A DNA stretch of 63,984 nt, the filler included, from Catajapyx aquilonaris (Eukaryota): NCBI GenBank assembly GCA_000934665.2. It is 3 parts of 3 records of this genome, joined end to end, with 100 filler letters (N's around TTAATTAATTAA, not from the genome) between each part and the next. Parts side by side here need not be neighbours in the genome. Positions count along the whole stretch, not along the records: positions 42,980 to 63,984 come from JYFJ02006152.1; 2 more parts are not named here. The stretch is one strand, 5' to 3'. The position numbers were made by a program, and so were the translations under genes. The notes beneath the pieces were generated by a model, which was not told the origin of the DNA, made no database searches, and was given only the letters and a program-made list of their open reading frames with translations. Each line of letters opens with the position of its first letter. The first letter of the stretch is position 1. Of this stretch, positions 46,936 to 60,417 are shown one piece after another.

Positions 46936-49900
46936 CTGAGTGTTAATGATGGAAAAATATTTTAGAAGTGATTCTACTCTTTGCAAGTTTCACCAATTCT
47001 GCTTACTCATAAGCAGTTGAGAGTTTTTATAGTCAATATCAAATTAATCTACTCTGAACACATTTGCATGGCCTGACCAGTCACCAGAAAATTCCATAAT
47101 ATTGGTCAAGCGAGATGGCTTGGTGTACTGTGTACGCTAGTCATCGCTGGCTACCCCACGCTGAGATTAATGCCGTGAGGAAATGAATGAATGAACACAG
47201 AAATGCCAATAAATGATACTGCATGTTTTCTGTTTCAAGACAAATCCTACCTACCACTGTTATCAGAATGCCACCTGCACCAGACAACCACTGTGACATC
47301 TGAGGGCAATAAGATGCCTGACAAGATGCAGAGTTGTCATGTGTCATGCGTTTCATACCAGATGCCTCTGTAATGACTATACACAGGGTAAGACAACTCT
47401 TTACCTTGGTGGACCTCTTATTGCCCAAAGGTATCAGTCGGTCGTCTGGAATGAGTAGGATTTAGATAAAGTCGTGGATGGGATCTTCCTTCCAACCAAA
47501 ACTGCACAACCTTTTTTCAATCATGAAAAAACCTAGGTCACCTCACCTCCGGCATGATGGCTGGGTGCAGTGGGAGGAGCTCCCATGGTCTGCCGAGCCA
47601 AATTCTGCGTCATGTCCTTCATTAGTTCTTCTTTCTCTGTCTTGCGGGCAAAACAGTAGTCTGATACCTTGTTTTGGAATGTAACCAGCAACTGCAAAGA
47701 GGATAAAATTCATCATTAACTTGAACTACTACGGGGAGGAACTTTCGTACCTGAGTCAAGTCATTGTAAAACTTGGTTCCTTCAGTTACATTGCTTTGCA
47801 GTTCCATAAAGGCATCGTGGGAAGCAGCCAGCTCCTTCAGGAATTCATCACGTTGAGAGGCAGCACCTAGTCCACTCTTCTCCTTGCAGAAATCATTATT
47901 CAAAGCCTGTCCAAGAAAATATAGTCTTGGGAAATTACTCGCTTTCAAAATAGAATGATACTAAGAACCTGTCAATCTTCTTTACCTTTTAGTCAATAGT
48001 GGCTCATCAGCTAGTTATTATAAAGTAAAGAACTATGACATTTTTGTAATAAAATAAAAATGGCCGTTATCTACCATTACACAAAGCCTTTTAAAAATAA
48101 TTCTGAGAGCACAGGTGCTATACAACGGGACAATTCAATGCAATATCTTGCATCTGTCCCTCCCACAAATAAAATCTTGCACCATACGCCTCGCAGCAAA
48201 ATGCAACAAGGCATATTAAGAAATATGGTGACTGGCTAATAAAGCTGAAGAGAAGTTACCTGAATTTGCCCAACGAGTCTCTCCTGCTTCTCCACACTTT
48301 CTTTCACCTGCCTCTGCAGGGGACCATAAACTTGGCCCAACTGCTCCACAGAGAGGGCTGGTTCATTAATGGCACCATCATGAGCCAAAGCACTAAGGAA
48401 AGCATTTTTCATATCGATACTGGCAGACTTCAGCTCACACTCTATGGAATCACGCTCAGCTTTTAGCCCTTCCACTTCGTCCATCAAGCTCTTAAGTTGC
48501 TGTACTGTTGGGCTACTCTGAATCACTGATGTTGGGTTTGATGATGGGATAGAAGAAATCAGTTCTTCCTCAAAACCACTCAATAATTCCATTCCTCTTC
48601 TGTGCTTGTCAAATTTCTCTTTCACAACCGCATCTGCCTGCACTGCATTGGTGATAATTTGTCTGGAAAAAACATAAAACTAGCATGAATGTGACGAGAC
48701 GTGTATTTATGCACTCAGAAATAACTTTCATTTGCAGAAGCAGTAATTCCTTGTCAGGACTTCTGAATCATGGTCATATAGTATATATCAGTGTAAGTTC
48801 ATATTATTGGAAAACTGAATATGTCCTTGCTGCAATTCCAGATCAAGACAGAAATGCAATTCTTTTTAAGGACTGAAAAATGGACACCCCATGCAAATTA
48901 CACACCCTTTGTGCCTACACCAGACCTCCAGGCAAAACCACAGGGCAAGGTGGGAAGTTGTTTGAAATGAATCAGTTTCTATTTGATCAGAAATGCTAAA
49001 AGTAGGACCGATACTTTGAGATACTTTAGCATAAATCAGAAATGTGTTATTGGACATCAGCAGAAAAGAAAAAAAAATTGGCGTCAATTTCAGTTGACGC
49101 CTTCTTTCTTTGCTGATGTCCAATATATTGGACATCAGGTCTCAGGAGGATACACGATTCTGGTCTATCCATAGTCTACTACAGGCAGATTCATTATACA
49201 AGAGCAGATCAATAAGTAACGCAATAAATTTAATTTAAGCAAAAGTTTAATAGATAGACAAAACTTAAGATATACATAGCGACCTTCCAATCCTTTGGCT
49301 ATTTTTCAACATATGAACTGTTTCTGTTGATGCATTTGTCCCACAACTGTGGTACATCGTTAAAGGTGCCATGTTTTTAGAGCTCTGTTTTTTGCAATAA
49401 GGCCTTTTTTACTGGGCGTCCGGGACAATGCTGATCGGTAATGTCTTCTTGATCCTCAGAAAACAGCTGACACCATCATGAAATGTTGCTATGGTCCAGG
49501 CATGTGTTCCCATGCACTTCTGTCATGTCCTTGTGAATTTGGGTGGGAGTTTTGCCTTGCATCCACAAAAAAGCACAGCAGCTTAATGCTCAATAAGGGT
49601 GGGCAATGCTAACACATTCGCCACCTTTGCTGGCTTGTTCTCTTTAGATGCACTTGGGGGCACCCTCATGCAGATGTGTACAGACCTGACCATGTACTGT
49701 AAACTGTACGACTTTCGTCTCTTTGCCCCCTTGAAAAAAAGGCCTTATGGGCTTATGGCAAAAAACAGAGCTCTAAAAAATGGCATCTTTAACTATGTAT
49801 CAACAGTGCAAAAAGAACTGTCCCAGTCATCCTGACGTGTGGGCTGGCCGCTCGACACACACCATGTAAGTTACATGGTGTGTGTCGAGCGGGCAGCACA

Positions 49901-52900
49901 CACATCAGGATGACTGGGACAACTCTTTTTGAACTGATGATACCCCAGTGGGACAAATGCATCAACAAAAACAGTTCATATGTTGAAAAATAGCCAAAGG
50001 ATTTGAAGGTCGCTACGTATATCTTTAAGTTTTGTCTATCTATTAAACTTTTGCCTAAATTAAATTTATTGCTTTACTTATTGATCTGCCCTCATATATT
50101 TAAATGATCATGATTGTGATATTTGTTAACCAGCTACACACTCCTTGTGGATGATGCCGGGTATGGGCCTTACAGGTGCACATCAATAGCAAGTATGTAG
50201 CTCATTAACACACCTGTATTTGCTGCCATTGGTAACAAAGGTTTCTGTCAATTTTTCCGATGGCGTTCTCTTCCATTGTTCCTTGAACTGTTCACGAAGT
50301 TGATCATCAGATGTTTTCTCCTCCTGAAGAAGCCTTAGAGCCTGGCAAGAAAAATTCACTTGTAAAGGGCAAAACAAACAGCAGCGAAAATTTTCATGTT
50401 AGGCCTGACGACAGGTCTCCAAGTCAAGTTCTTTCCACACCTGAGGTTGCAAGTTTGATGTCTTCCATTTTAAGAATGTCTTGAGTTTTGATTTCAACTA
50501 CACAACTGTTATCATATATGAATATACCTCATCAAGGATCTGCTTATTTCTCTCCAGGAGCTCGGGAAGTTCAGATATTTTCTTTTGCAACTCTGGAAGT
50601 CCTCCAGCTTGCCTCACAGCTCGTGCCTTCTCTAAGACAGATTGTGGAACTGTATCACCTCCCATGTCCTCCAAGGCAGCAGGCAGGTTCAGAGAAGCCA
50701 GGACACTACAGGTACACAGAAGAAATTTCACCAAATAAAATTACAACCTCATGTGGTCAATTTAAAAGTTACCACACAAAAGACATAGTACAATCCATAA
50801 TAACAACAACAATGCAACAACACAGTAGAAGTAGTAACATGAAGAACAACAACAGGTGCAGACAGGGTCAAACAATTGACTGACAAGTTTCATATATGTG
50901 GACTAGGTGGCAGTTTCTCTTTGCATTCAGGTGAGAAGCCCTCCTGACAATCATATTTTCTGGTGTTCATGGGTCAATACTTGGTAGATGCCTGAGGCAT
51001 ATATCTTGTAAAATTTAGGTCTTGATTCCATTGCTAAACAACCGGATGAATTAATCCTGATGAATCAAAGCCTTCTACCAACAAAAACACTATCCATAAC
51101 CTGCAGACACATGATTTTCACCTGTCAAAATAACTGTTTCCAATGCAGGTGTCAGGTGATATGCACTTTTATGCATAACAGTGAGTAGTATATTCTATTG
51201 TAGAGGATGTTTGTGAACTCCCCTGATAAACTTTCTGGGGTGGTAGGAAGATCCAAAAATAACATTAGGTTGTGTCGGGAACACAAGCCACAGCTTTTGA
51301 CGTGAATACGTCTTTAAAATCGGATCAGTCTTGGGGGGAGTGAATTGATTGCTTATTATCAGTATTGAAGTCTGGACACATGCATGGTGACCCTCCTAAG
51401 AATTTCCCTGCATGCCCCTGCCATGGGCCCCATGGCATGGCCCCCTGGCAGGGTCCTGACTCTAACACTGTACACTTAGGATATAGTAGACTCGGATATA
51501 GTAGACTGTAACGCTTTTCTGTAAACCCCCAGTTTGCCTCCATGCCCCCTATGTAGATCCGAATTTAGCCACTCCGGATATAGTAGACTCGGATATAATA
51601 GACTCGGATATAGTAGACTCGGCTATAATAGACTGTAACGCTTTTCTGTAACGCTCGAGTTTGCCTCCATGCCCCCACTCTATACGGACCCGATTTTAAA
51701 GACATATTCACGTCAAAAAGATAAACTCAGGAAGAGCGAGCATTTGGCTCAAAGTGCCCTAGTTTGGTGGCAAAGCCCATCAAGGGTTTACATGAAATTG
51801 CAAGCATTCCAGCAACTTTCACAATTCTTCCGTCTGAAGCACCTTCCCCTGGCTCCTCTCAGGCTGTACAGCTTTTGATAAGTATGGAAGGCATAAGTAA
51901 AAGTCACCTGTGTACAGGAACATAACTGGAACCTGGAACCAGTTTAGCACAAGTCGATTACAATTTTACTTATCCTAATTAAAAATATAATGTACCAGCA
52001 ATTGGTCATTAATAAGCTAAATACCTCAAGACCCCTATACAGCCAGTCTGACCTATGTAGCACCAACATATGTGGATTAGACCATGCGCAAAAAAATCTA
52101 AGGCACAAACTGTTAAAGTAAAAATCCGCCAAATTGTGAAAAGACACATTAAATTTCAGCCTATGGGAACTCAAACCTGCCTACCAATACTTATTCCCTC
52201 ACTCACAGTTGACATGTAACAGACATTGTGACCACTTCTGGGCTTTGTGGTAATCCTTTCCTGCCCGTGATGGCCTCAAATGGATAGGGCAGTGACTCCA
52301 GTATCAATATATGTATAAGGTACAGCACAGGATGCAGTATAATTTACAAACAAGTTCCATATACGTAAAATTCAACTTGTGTATAATGTTGTGAAACATT
52401 CCACTTATGTAAGTCAGGGACTTACTGTATTATGTTTATAAATGCTTTTCTCCCTCTCTGGCTCCCTACCTGACACTGCCAAAACTTATATTGACTGATA
52501 CAAGAATGATTTTTGCCATTAGAAATAAAAGCTCAGAAACTCCATTAACCGACAAAATTGCACTCTAAGACTGAAATGGAAAATTACTGCCATGTATGTG
52601 ACCTTAAATCCAAATTATCATGGCATCATATTTGAATGCCTCATTTTGGAGCTTCTTGGTAAAAACCTTTATCTCTCACATATTCCACAACCATCTTTCT
52701 TACAATGCCTATCTCTAATAAATGCACTCCAACATCTAATACTGAGAAAAAACTTTCAGAGTTTCTTACTGTAGATAAACTACTCAAATCAATTGAAGAC
52801 CTTGGGGGAAGAACGATCAAGCTCCACTTTTTGTCAAAAATGAGGTTCATAATATCTCAGAAGATGCTTTCACTAGTGTAGAATAAGATGGTTTGGTCAT

Positions 52901-55900
52901 GGTTGTGGAGTAATGATCATAGGTCACTATGGAAGGCCCCAAAAGTGGGATTTCCAATGGAACCTTATGGGCCTTTGAAATTTAAAAGTGGAATATCTCA
53001 GTTTCACCTTGATTGTTCTTCTCCCGTGGTCTTCAATTTATGTCATTGCATGTAATGGTGAGTTCCACCACTTCAATTTGACATTAATTTGTGCAGATCT
53101 GCCGTCAGATGTAAGAAGACCGTAACTCAAAAACTAGTAAGAGCGAAAGTTGCATGCATGCCCTGCACTAATCCCCTCTGAGTCTGGGTCAGGGATGCAT
53201 GCGACTTTCGCCTGTACTAGTTTTTGAGTTACGATCTTCTTACATCTGACGGCAGAGATAAGTCCATACGGTGGTGTTATGGAGTGTTGCTGTAAAACCT
53301 ATCTACATTTTATAGATAGGCATCATCATCTCTGTACAATGAAGATGGGTTTATTAGGTTAATTCTTAATTTATTAGGTAGATGCATTGTTGTTGTTGTT
53401 GTTGTTGTTGTTATTATTGTTGTTATTATTATTATTATATTACTATAACGCAGTGCCAATATTAACAGTGACCTGTTTTAGATCCTGAATTTGACATCTG
53501 AAACACTAGAGTCACCTGTTAAGCATTTGTGTGGATTCCCTCAAAGTGCCAATTTCCTTATTTACAATCTCAGTCTTCCTGACATCATAAGCAGCCATGG
53601 CTTGATGGATGATGACTGGCATAAGGTTTTCAAATAGATCTGAAACAATATACATCATATTTTACCATCATAATTGTCCATCCAAAACATGCCAACCTAC
53701 CAGTCATGTTTTGACTCATTCTCTCAGCAAGAGGGAGAGTTCTGGCAAGCCTTGCAGATGCAACTTTTTCCACAGGAAGCAAAGACTTCACCTCAGGGAC
53801 ACGCTCATGGTATATGAAGTCATTGTCCTTTCTAGCTTCAGTCAGAGCTCGTTGAATTTTGGCATTGTATTCCTGAAGCATGCTGGGATTTGATGAACGC
53901 TGCTGTGACTCTTTGATGAGTTCCGATGCATGCTGACAGGTTCCAAAAATACTAATGACAATATTCCATGGCGTTTTTTTTAAATGGGTACGTGGTGCTT
54001 ACCTGCAATCTGGCAATTTGTTCTCCAATATTTTTCTTTGCACCACACACAAGGCTCTGGTAGAACTCTGATAGTCCATGGTAGCCAGCCTGCTTGGCAG
54101 CAACCTTGGAAAGAATGCTCCTTTATATTGGAATGCAGCCTATTTCTATTTTATATGCAGCATGAACTTCATAAACAGTTATTACCCATTAAACTAAAAT
54201 GAAAGCAGTAACTGATGAAATGTAACTTACAAGAGGCACCCACTCTCGGTCCCACAAAGGCCGAACAGTTTCCCTCTGCATCTGTTTAAGAGCATCAGCA
54301 TACAGTTCTTCACCCTGGGTACATAACTTGGCAATAAGAGCTTCTTTCATGCGGTCTGCAAAGAAGCACACATATGTCATTGCCTCACCCATTACCGGTA
54401 CTGCCTGGGTTCTGGACTTCATAAAAGTTACCTTCCCAAATGGAAAGACACAATATATGCATATTAAGAGGCTTCATAACGTACTTTGATCTCCATCCCT
54501 GAACTTAACATTCAATATTCAGAACAGACTGTACTGCAAGAATGAAGTTTTTTTTGCCTGATTTTTCGATTCTCATTTACAAATTGATCTCAATGGCTTT
54601 TTAAAAATATCTGACATTCCAACAAGGGACCATTTTCTTACCATGGATAGCCTTATTTATGAATATCTCTTGAGCCTGAGCCAGCATGAGGGCAGACAAG
54701 GCACCCAAAGTCTCTGGATTTAGATCTGGGGTTGGATCTTGCTGGATGGACGACATTATGCAGCCTTTCAGGTGGCCAAAAATACCTGCTGCTTGCTGTG
54801 ATTACCAAAACGGCATAAATAACTGGTTTGGGTTAAATCGATGTGATTGAATACCTGCAACAATTTGGCTGCCAGTTTTAATCCATCATCGCTCTCCAGA
54901 CTTTGACTAGCAGCAATCTGGGACTGCAGTGCCGCCATGTTGAATAAGATGCATACTTTTTCATATGCCAATGAACTCACAGCTGAAAGACATAATGTCG
55001 GTAATAACTTGTACTAATCCCTTCAATTTAATACACTTACTCAGGCTTATTTTCCCACCAAAGATGGATCCCTTGTCAAAAGCATCCTTCCACTTAAATG
55101 GAATCTGTACCTCACTGGGAGGAATCTTGCCTTCCAAAGCAGCAAGTTGATCATAGTACCTGAAATCACAGAAAAAGAGTAGGTTCATCATGCAGTCCAA
55201 GAACACCAACTCTATAAATGTGCAATCCTAGTTATCTAGGAAGAGAATATAATTTGACTGTTTGGCAGCCACAATCAGGGGAGTGGGTGGGATACGGGAG
55301 AAGGAAAATGACAATGCCAACCTAAGACATAGTCTTATCCAAATAATCGAACTGTTAATTCTGACTTCAAGAGGGATGAAGGGAAGTTCCATTGCATAAG
55401 TTGAGAAAAGACTGACACTCACTGGGCTGCCAGGCCATGAATGAAGAAATAGGGTGGGGCTGTCCCTCATTCTCCCCCACCTTGGTACAAACATTTTCAC
55501 TGTCATAACATGAACTAAAGTATCTAATAAAACCAAAAGCAGATCCTGAATAAACATTCCAATTCCAATGGAAAGGTTCTAACATTTATCAGGAGTGTTT
55601 GAATGATAGGTCATGCACCTCTATCCTTTACTCTCTATCCCTTACAGGTTGTGGCCGACCTGGTGGGCAGCAGAATCATAATATCTGATAATCATTGCAG
55701 TTTCTACACAAATGATATGAGCATTTTTATATGGGCTCATATGAGTGAGTGGGGTTTGTAGTGCGCTTGAATGCCCTATGTTGCAAAAATGTTAATGATC
55801 TCTGGTTCATGGAGCACCAATTATGGATTCAACTCATTGGAGTTGTAGGTGATCAGATTTTGGCATCAAGATTTTGGCTACAAATGTAGGGGTTCTGGGG

Positions 55901-58462
55901 TGCTATTATGGTGCTAGAGAAATCCACCAAGTCCAAAATATCAGTTTTGAGATAATCCAAAACAAATATTTGATCTAGCACTTGTTTACATGCTAGTGAA
56001 TGCATAAAGTCCTTGCTTGCTGACTCATTATGCATCTTTAGGACTAAATGGCCTTCACCAGGTGAAAGTGCAAAAAAATGATACATAGGAGCAGTTGTAC
56101 AATATGAACATGAATTTAACGCTAACTACAGAGTTAGCTCTTGTTTACATATAGACCAACTCCATATGCAACGGCCCACAGTAAATAACTCAAAACTGCA
56201 AAAATGGGGCTTAGTGAATTTCTCCTATATGCCAACGATATTATAGAGTGTGTTACTCTGCCTATAGGTGAATGGTCTAGAGGGGAAACAGGTGAAATGG
56301 ATGGATGGATTCTTAACTCCTGGCAATGTAAATAAAGTTGGCCAAGAATGCAGCAGGGCCCTTGCGTAATGTTTGATTTTTGTGAAAATGGTTTTTGCAA
56401 AAAATAATTGGTATTTTTTCCATGAGCTTGAGTTACACATGGATGTGGGAGTGGACACTTTTCATCTTACACCATTTACAAAAGACCTGCCACAATCAAT
56501 TGATATGCAAGTGCACTGCACGATGTCTCTGACTTCCTTTACATCACCAACCCATCAATTATATCCTTGTTCCCCTTCTCAGACCATTCACTTGGGCCCA
56601 GTAACATCCTCGACATAAAAGAGTAAACCCGTGTGAACTCCAACAAACTTTCTAGGCACCGATACCATACCCACACACGACATTTGCAGAATAGGTATAC
56701 TGTATCCCTTACCCTGTATAGGGGAGACAAGGCACAGTGGTCCACTTTTGAACATTTGAATTTTTTAAAGATCTCCTGTTGTACCTACACACCCAATATT
56801 TTCCGGCATGGTGGAGGTACTCTTTGGTAATATAAGTGACTAATATATTCACAGGTAGTGCCATCCCTTTGCATTAAATAAATTATACAAACTGACCTAT
56901 GCAAATGGACCACTGTGCCCCGATAGTGATTGGGAGTTTGGGACCTCTAATTCACACAAGAAGTTTATTTTATTTTTTATCCTACATCTAACCCCTCTAA
57001 ATAAACAGAAAATAAATAAAAGGGACTTCTGTTACTGCAACCTGCAGACACAAGTGAAACATTGTCTCTCTCAGGAAAGTTGACCTTGTCCTGCCACATC
57101 CTTTGGCAAATTAACTTTATTTCATATTAGTGTCTGTCAAAACCATTAGTATATAAAACTACGACATAAAGTGCTGTACAGAGGCAAAAGGGTCGTCCAC
57201 AAAAAGGTGCTCACTGGTCCATGGACCACTGTGCCCCAGAGGGCAGCAACTGACATGTTATGAATCGTAGCTTCCATTGCAAATGACGCTTTCCAAATTT
57301 CCAGCATTTATGCACAAAGGATGGCACTATTCAACAACATTTTTACATCAGGGTCATGCCCAGCATCTACGCCTGGCATGGCATTTAAACTGTGGGTTAG
57401 AAGTAACTTCACTACCCTTCAAATAGATTTCCCCTGATACAGCAGGATTGCAGGCATCTCACAGGTGGCTGTCATGTTGGCAAGAAGCACAATAGTGACA
57501 TGTTTTACAAGCTACCAGATGAAGACATTATTCTGGTTACTTATATTTTTAAAATGGAAAGGACCACTGTGCCCTGGTCTCCCCTACTGTCTCCTTTGCT
57601 TCGAATCTTAGAATCGCATCCATTGGCAACATTGTTTTCCATTGAGGTGGAGGTCCATTCATACTCATCAGCATACTGCATGTCTCAAAATCTCTCTCAC
57701 ATCTGTACCAGCAAAAATGTTGCTGATGCTCATTTCCACACCTCTCCTCTCCTCCAAATGTGGCAATGAGTTACAATCATTGTTGGAAAGCTCATTTAGG
57801 CTGTCTTGCACCATCATTGGTTTCACTTGAAACCCCAGGGTTACCATTGTAATTAACTGTTGGGCAAAAATTAACATTATTCCAGGGTTTCAAGCAAAAC
57901 CTACAATGCTACACCCTGGCCTTAATGTGTCTTCCAACCATAAGGGATTTCACCTACATAGCATTCACGAGTGCCTTCAAAATTGCCTTACTGATGTGTA
58001 GCCAACTGATCATGCCGGTTTCAGTGCCATTGCAAGAATCACAATCTAATGTGACGGCCATGCCAAATTACCTGTCCTAATCGCAAGCACCTCAGCTTGT
58101 CATTCGTATCATTTTATCATGGTGCCACTTGGCACTCACATTGGCATAAGTCTAGAGCAGGGCGTGACCACCCATTCCTCACGCACTTGTGAATTTGTCA
58201 CTGCCACAGCATAAACCCTTTAACTTAACCACATGCAAATGACCAAACAGCCTCACTTGTAAAGTACTTCCAGAGAGCTCTCATGTTTGTCCAGGGTTCT
58301 CCAGGTAGCATTATTGCGGAGTTTGTTGAGCTCGGCGATGGCAGCCGAGTGATCCTCGGGCTGGTCCGAAGTACTACATGACGACGAAATCAGGTTTTTG
58401 AGCGGCTTGACCAAGTCCACATCCGACGTCTTCTTCAACGGTACAACGATCAAATCCGCCAT
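45508..58462 (-). CDS. PDCD6IP: ALiX / programmed cell death 6-interacting protein (Bro1, V and proline-rich domains), 15 exons, 846 aa
   Basis: Exons 58462-58257, 55159-55041, 54982-54855, 54795-54642, 54355-54231, 54104-54003, 53932-53701, 53639-53516, 50705-50528, 50341-50214, 48662-48260, 47906-47751, 47691-47547, 45907-45677, 45617-45508. All are GT-AG and join into a 2541-nt ORF. Motifs: [74 protein letters not shown], and a P/Y/Q-rich tail. Confidence 0.97.
45997..46436. mobile_element. Tc1/mariner-type foldback MITE in ALiX intron 13
   Basis: TA-CAGGGTTCTGAAATTTAA...TTAAATTTCTGAACCCTG-TA with imperfect arms of about 100 bp. Confidence 0.75.
46619..46934 (+). mobile_element. tRNA-derived SINE S3 with a V-SINE-like core and (TTA)n tail
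   Basis: Head GGTGGCCGAGTGG...GAGTTCGATCCC, core GTGGGTTTTCTCGGGGTTCTCCCGTTTCCTCCCAC, tail (TTA)n at 46874-46934. Confidence 0.8.
49199..50094. mobile_element. mariner-derived foldback element with two 3' ends
   Basis: TA-flanked inverted arms of about 150 bp, each encoding WDKCIN(K/R)NSSYVEK*. An internal minus-strand HTH remnant ([15 protein letters not shown]) and a palindrome of about 105 bp at 49820-49925. Confidence 0.82.
51470..51690. repeat. 15-bp tandem repeat (ACTCGGATATAGTAG) in a MITE-like relic
   Basis: About 6 copies of the unit plus a duplicated ctgtaacgcttttctgtaa...gtttgcctccatgcccc block. Confidence 0.75.
53097..53259. repeat. Short inverted repeat (MITE-like hairpin)
   Basis: atctgccgtcagatgtaagaagaccgtaactcaaaaactagta...tactagtttttgagttacgatcttcttacatctgacggcaga. 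Confidence 0.8.
56721..57584. mobile_element. GGGGAGA-terminal (pogo-like) non-autonomous element in ALiX intron 1
   Basis: TA-GGGGAGACAAGGCACAGTGGTCC...GGACCACTGTGCCCTGGTCTCCCC-TA with internal GGACCACTGTGCCC repeats. Confidence 0.82.
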
Positions 58463-59753
58463 TGTCCTTCAAAATACTTCCTCCCGACTCGCTCCTTCAA
58501 GCTTCAAAAAAGCAAGGAAGCGGCAGCCTCAACTTCACGTGAACGTGAAGTCCTTAATAATCGTGACAACACCGCGCGTTGCCAGATCGACCCACTTCAG
58601 ATCCGGTATGCATGACATATGACCACAGGCATTGCCACAAGGCTGGAATTATACGTGTACCACTAAACACAGGACTCCATAATGTTAGGTTTCACATGCA
58701 ATTTGTAGAATTATTACACCTATTGTCATGCAATAAGTGGCAACAGTGTGCGAGAGTGGGTGACATCACTTTTGAGTAATGTGTAAGATTACTATTATTT
58801 TTATAGTAATACTTCATATAATGAAGGTATGTCAAATTTTGAGCTATAAAACAGTGTGCGACGCCATGTTGGTCGTCCTGATGAATCACAGCGCGCCTTT
58901 TTGAACACTTGATGCGCTATTAGTTGCTCACAATCAAGTGGACCATGGTGGACACATGAGGATATATCTCTCTCACCATCATTGGCGGATCTCACACTGA
59001 GACCGCCTGAGCCCATCCTGAGACTCAAAAGCAGTGGGAGTGTGAATTGCCATTGTGACATGGCAGGTTTATATGCATCTACGCTGAAAAGACTGAAACA
59101 AGGTGACAGCTCTTCACTTTCACCTGTCTGGACGATGCATGAATAGTCTAAATATTAATATCTTAATAATTATATTCTGCGTGCAGTATAGTTTATTTGA
59201 CATGTGGCTTAGTTATTAATGACAAGTTGGTAACAATAAGGAGCACATGTAAAACACCAGATTAGGTTAAATCAAGTATACTGTATAAAAATGATGTGAC
59301 AGACCTGACATGCAACTGAAGACAGTGGAAGACAGTGGGTCGAATTTTCGTCTCACTGCTAGTTACTGCTAACTTAGCAGTACCAGTGTTGGCAATGGTA
59401 CTGCTAAGTTAGCAGCAGCAAGAGCTCTTGGCAGCAGTAACTATCAGTGGGACGAAAATTCCACCCAGTTTGAATACATGGAGTGCTACTTTCTTTCAAA
59501 ACTCAGTCATGCTTACATTATGATTGCTTTCATGTTGGCCTACAGTACAACAAATAGATTATAGTGAATCTTATAATAATTAGAATTTGGTTAGTGCACT
59601 TATACTGTTTAGACCTGATACGCACAAAAATAATATTTCCTAATACACTTGCAATGATCACACCATCTGGCTTGCTTCATAATGTTTTGCATTTTCAGTC
59701 TTATAACAAAGTGGCAGCTAGAGAACCATATCACATGACATGATATATGTTAC

Positions 59754-59825
59754 AGGTTCCACCGAGATTTGAACTCGGATCACTGGCTTCAGAGTCCAGA
59801 GTGCTAACCATTACACCACGAAACC
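59754..59825 (-). tRNA. trnQ-CTG: tRNA-Gln(CTG), variant or pseudogene
   Basis: Reverse complement GGTTTCGTGGTGTAATGGTTAGCACTCTGGACTCTGAAGCCAGTGATCCGAGTTCAAATCTCGGTGGAACCT is 72 nt with intact A/B boxes and a CTG anticodon. It has about 4 differences from the conserved metazoan tRNA-Gln, including an A:G mismatch in the anticodon stem. Confidence 0.85.
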
Positions 59826-60306
59826 CTCGGTACGGTACATGACAATATATGGCCTATGCAGAATGGTATGTAAATATGAACAACAGTGCAGCCGCCTTAA
59901 CGGCTATCATCCGTACTTGCGAAAGGCCTCCAAGGCTTCCCGGAAGAATAATTTATAATTATCCATCCACTTTCAATCCACTTCTGCATGCGTTGACGAG
60001 CAGTTCAACATAAAAAATATAGACTACTGTGTAATGAATAAATAATTGAGGAACTAAGTTCTTCTGCGTGTGTAAACAAACACACCGTTCGTCGTAGACT
60101 ACTAGGTAGGCCTACTTCCTGTACATACAAAGCACTTTTGCTCCATAGGACAAAAGGCAGCTTACATCAGCCATTATTATTCTACATTCTACTACTTAAC
60201 ATGTAAATTACTGTAGAATGCACTCCACATATGCATCAGAAACCAATAACCGTGCTCTGATCGAGAAAAGAAAGAGGACAGACATAGCCAAAATGGCTAA
60301 CTGTAA

Positions 60307-60417
60307 CCCAGGTAGCACAAAAAGTTGGGCCAATATTGGACGAATGTTGGCCCAATATCTAAGATATTGGGCCAATATTGGCTCCAATATTGGCCCAACT
60401 TTTTTGTGCTACCTGGG
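60307..60417. mobile_element. CMC/EnSpm-like MITE in the ALiX-MBOAT7 intergenic region
   Basis: AA-CCCAGGTAGCACAAAAAGTTGGGCCAATATTGG...CCAATATTGGCCCAACTTTTTTGTGCTACCTGGG-AA, a 2-bp TSD with repeated CCAATATTGG. Confidence 0.75.

Noticed and set aside
51470..51640. Short repeated units resembling a CRISPR array
   Set aside because: Direct tandem 15-mers without unique spacers, in a eukaryotic intron, with no cas genes.
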